Positions 62,463 through 64,000 of a stretch of DNA of 64,000 bases are shown here, one piece after another. Within the stretch, counting starts at the first letter, position 1. Each line of letters begins with the position of its first letter. Below the pieces are notes generated by a model. The model did no database searches. It had not been told where the DNA came from and saw only the letters and a list, made by a program, of their open reading frames with translations. The stretch spans positions 21,219-85,218 of the forward strand of contig JAICLL010000005.1 in assembly GCA_025927475.1 (NCBI GenBank), written 5' to 3'. Source of the stretch: Pirellulales bacterium. Lineage in GTDB: Bacteria > Planctomycetota > Planctomycetia > Pirellulales > JAICIG01. A program made the translations under genes and the position numbers.

Positions 62463-63350
62463 TCACGTCGGCCTGTCAGCCAAATCGCCATGCGGTTCAT
62501 CCGACGTGTGCGGCTGAGCCGGAGGTACCCCCAAGAAACGCCGCAGGCGTCGCCCGGCGCCCCGCGCCAACCGAATCGCTCCAACCCCATAACCGCGCAG
62601 CGTCCAGGCCAGATAATGGGCCCTCAGTCCCAGCCCCAGCTTGCCGACATAATCTTTAGCCCAGTGGCTGTTGTCGCTTTGATACGCGCCTTGGAAGCCA
62701 ATGTTCTGAACCCAACTTGGCGCCAGGCACACCACGCGCAGTCCCAAGGCGGACATTCGCAAGACATAGTCATGGTCGTACGCCAAGCCGATGTCACGAA
62801 ACGGACCGACGGCGTCATAGGTCTCGCGTGGCACGAGCCAGTTGAGCGCTGCTTGCCGCTCTTTAACCAGCACTTCGCTGGTCGGCAATCGGACTCGCCG
62901 CAGCACCGGCCGAATGTCGAAATTCAAGGCCGTGAATACACCGTGAATGCCAACAGCCTCGGCCTCACGGCGTACACCGAGCAGGCGCTGTAGCCAACCG
63001 GGATGGTAGATGACATCATCGTCGCACAAAACGAAACATTCTGCAGTGGGAAAGCGCTCCAGCAGCTTGCCGACATTGTAGACGTGTCCGCGGTTGGGTC
63101 CCTGCCGCTCGGGATTCGTCCACAACTCAACGCGTGAATCCGCCTCCGCCAAGCCGCGCAGAAATGGCTCAAGCCGCAGATCGGTGCTGCAATCGTTGAC
63201 AATCACGATGCGCGTATTGCCAGGCAAGTCGCTGGCCAAGAGGCTCGGCAGACTACGGCGGATATAGCGGAAGTCATGCCGCCCCTTGCCGGCCCAGGTC
63301 TTGACGAGAATTGGTAAGGTTACCGTGGTCGATTCGCTGATAGTCCTCAT
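62463..63350 (-). CDS. family 2 glycosyltransferase
   Basis: RIVIVNDCSTD.. and FVLCDDDVIY (DxD) motifs. Confidence 0.8.
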   Translation of the reverse strand: MRTISESTTVTLPILVKTWAGKGRHDFRYIRRSLPSLLASDLPGNTRIVIVNDCSTDLRLEPFLRGLAEADSRVELWTNPERQGPNRGHVYNVGKLLERFPTAECFVLCDDDVIYHPGWLQRLLGVRREAEAVGIHGVFTALNFDIRPVLRRVRLPTSEVLVKERQAALNWLVPRETYDAVGPFRDIGLAYDHDYVLRMSALGLRVVCLAPSWVQNIGFQGAYQSDNSHWAKDYVGKLGLGLRAHYLAWTLRGYGVGAIRLARGAGRRLRRFLGVPPAQPHTSDEPHGDLADRPT

Positions 63351-64000
63351 CGTTCCTTGGTTCCAATTAACATCAACTGATTGCCCTGCCCTAACGATTC
63401 AAGCCAACCGCGGAACTTCTCTAAGTGGTCCACTCCCTTACACCGCCTCATGGCGTCCATCGCGCTCTTATGGTCTACCCATTGTTCAAATTGGTTCTCA
63501 TTCAGCGACTTTTCAATGTTGCACAAGAAAAATTTTTGAGTTGCTTTCGTGCATAGTCGATCGACGCGAAAGCCAGCGGCGATTGCGACCTGCTCGAGTG
63601 ACGATCTCGTAAAGTGGTAGAGGTGCCGGGGCAAATCCAACGACCAGTTGCGCTCGCGGAACACCGCCGTCCAAACAGAGCCGAAGTTCGGTACGAAGAC
63701 GACGACGATTCCACCGGGAGAGAGGACCGCATGCGCCTTCCGAAGGGCGTGAAGAGGCGAAGACGTGTGTTCGAGGACATGCGACATCCAGACGACGTCG
63801 AATGAGCCGCGCGCCAGCGGCGCGTCAACGAAGTCTCCTGCCCAAGCGCCGTGTCCCTTACTCCGCGCCACTTCCATCGCGGCGGCTGAAATGTCGACTC
63901 CAAACGTCGTCCAGCCTCGCTCCTTAAACCCGTCGAGGCATGTCCCCGCACCGCAGCCAACTTCCAAAATTGAACCCACGGGCACCCAGCCAAGAAGCTG
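63347..64000 (-). CDS. class I SAM-dependent methyltransferase (5' end probably beyond window edge)
   Basis: ILEVGCGAGTCLDGFKERGWTTFGVDIS is motif I. The reading frame stays open from 63985 to the right window edge. Confidence 0.8.
   Translation of the reverse strand, partial: QLLGWVPVGSILEVGCGAGTCLDGFKERGWTTFGVDISAAAMEVARSKGHGAWAGDFVDAPLARGSFDVVWMSHVLEHTSSPLHALRKAHAVLSPGGIVVVFVPNFGSVWTAVFRERNWSLDLPRHLYHFTRSSLEQVAIAAGFRVDRLCTKATQKFFLCNIEKSLNENQFEQWVDHKSAMDAMRRCKGVDHLEKFRGWLESLGQGNQLMLIGTKER

Noticed and set aside
1-64000. Mobile genetic element, prophage or defence island interpretation of the window
   Set aside because: I recognised no integrase, transposase, recombinase, phage structural, restriction-modification, toxin-antitoxin or nuclease-helicase defence signatures. 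The content is coherently glycan biosynthesis and export.

Overview
This is a high-GC, almost fully coding bacterial window dominated by one very large cell-surface glycan / exosortase (PEP-CTERM) locus. A giant secreted protein with an LESRRVLA-type N-terminus, DUF4214-like repeats and PEP-CTERM cargo suggest Planctomycetota, but that is inference only. There are two long minus-strand gene arrays. The first (36758 down to 7501, about 22 genes) runs exosortase, BY-kinase/chain-length protein, a 1487-aa TPR protein, EpsI-like, priming sugar transferase, O-antigen-ligase-like, Wzm/Wzt ABC exporter, two methyltransferases, many GT2/GT4 glycosyltransferases, acyltransferases and WecB. The second (window end down to 43435, about 17 genes) holds glycosyltransferases, methyltransferases, a UbiA-type prenyl-phosphate phosphoribosyltransferase-like gene plus HAD phosphatase, AsnB-type amidotransferase, a 900+ aa lyase-like protein, carbamoyltransferase, deacetylase, FemAB-like and VanZ-like genes. 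Between them sit a 1294-aa secreted beta-helix protein and a PEP-CTERM gene pair. The left end carries two NusG/RfaH-like paralogs, a nucleotide-sugar dehydrogenase and another PEP-CTERM pair. I recognised no rRNA, tRNA, CRISPR, transposase or phage genes. The most unusual points are these. (1) A three-member family of small secreted Ser/Gly-rich proteins has a conserved C-terminal F-x-x-(L)-(R)-P-P tail and a shared GCTTGACA promoter context, and two of them sit directly upstream of PEP-CTERM cargo genes. (2) Each NusG-like paralog is paired with a paralogous small protein of about 130-155 aa, recalling UpxY/UpxZ logic. (3) A mosaic of short GC-rich palindromic and tandem repeats fills the intergenic spacers and is inserted in frame into at least three coding genes (two GT4 genes and wzm). 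All family names come from motif recognition by eye. No database search was run, and start codons are approximate.
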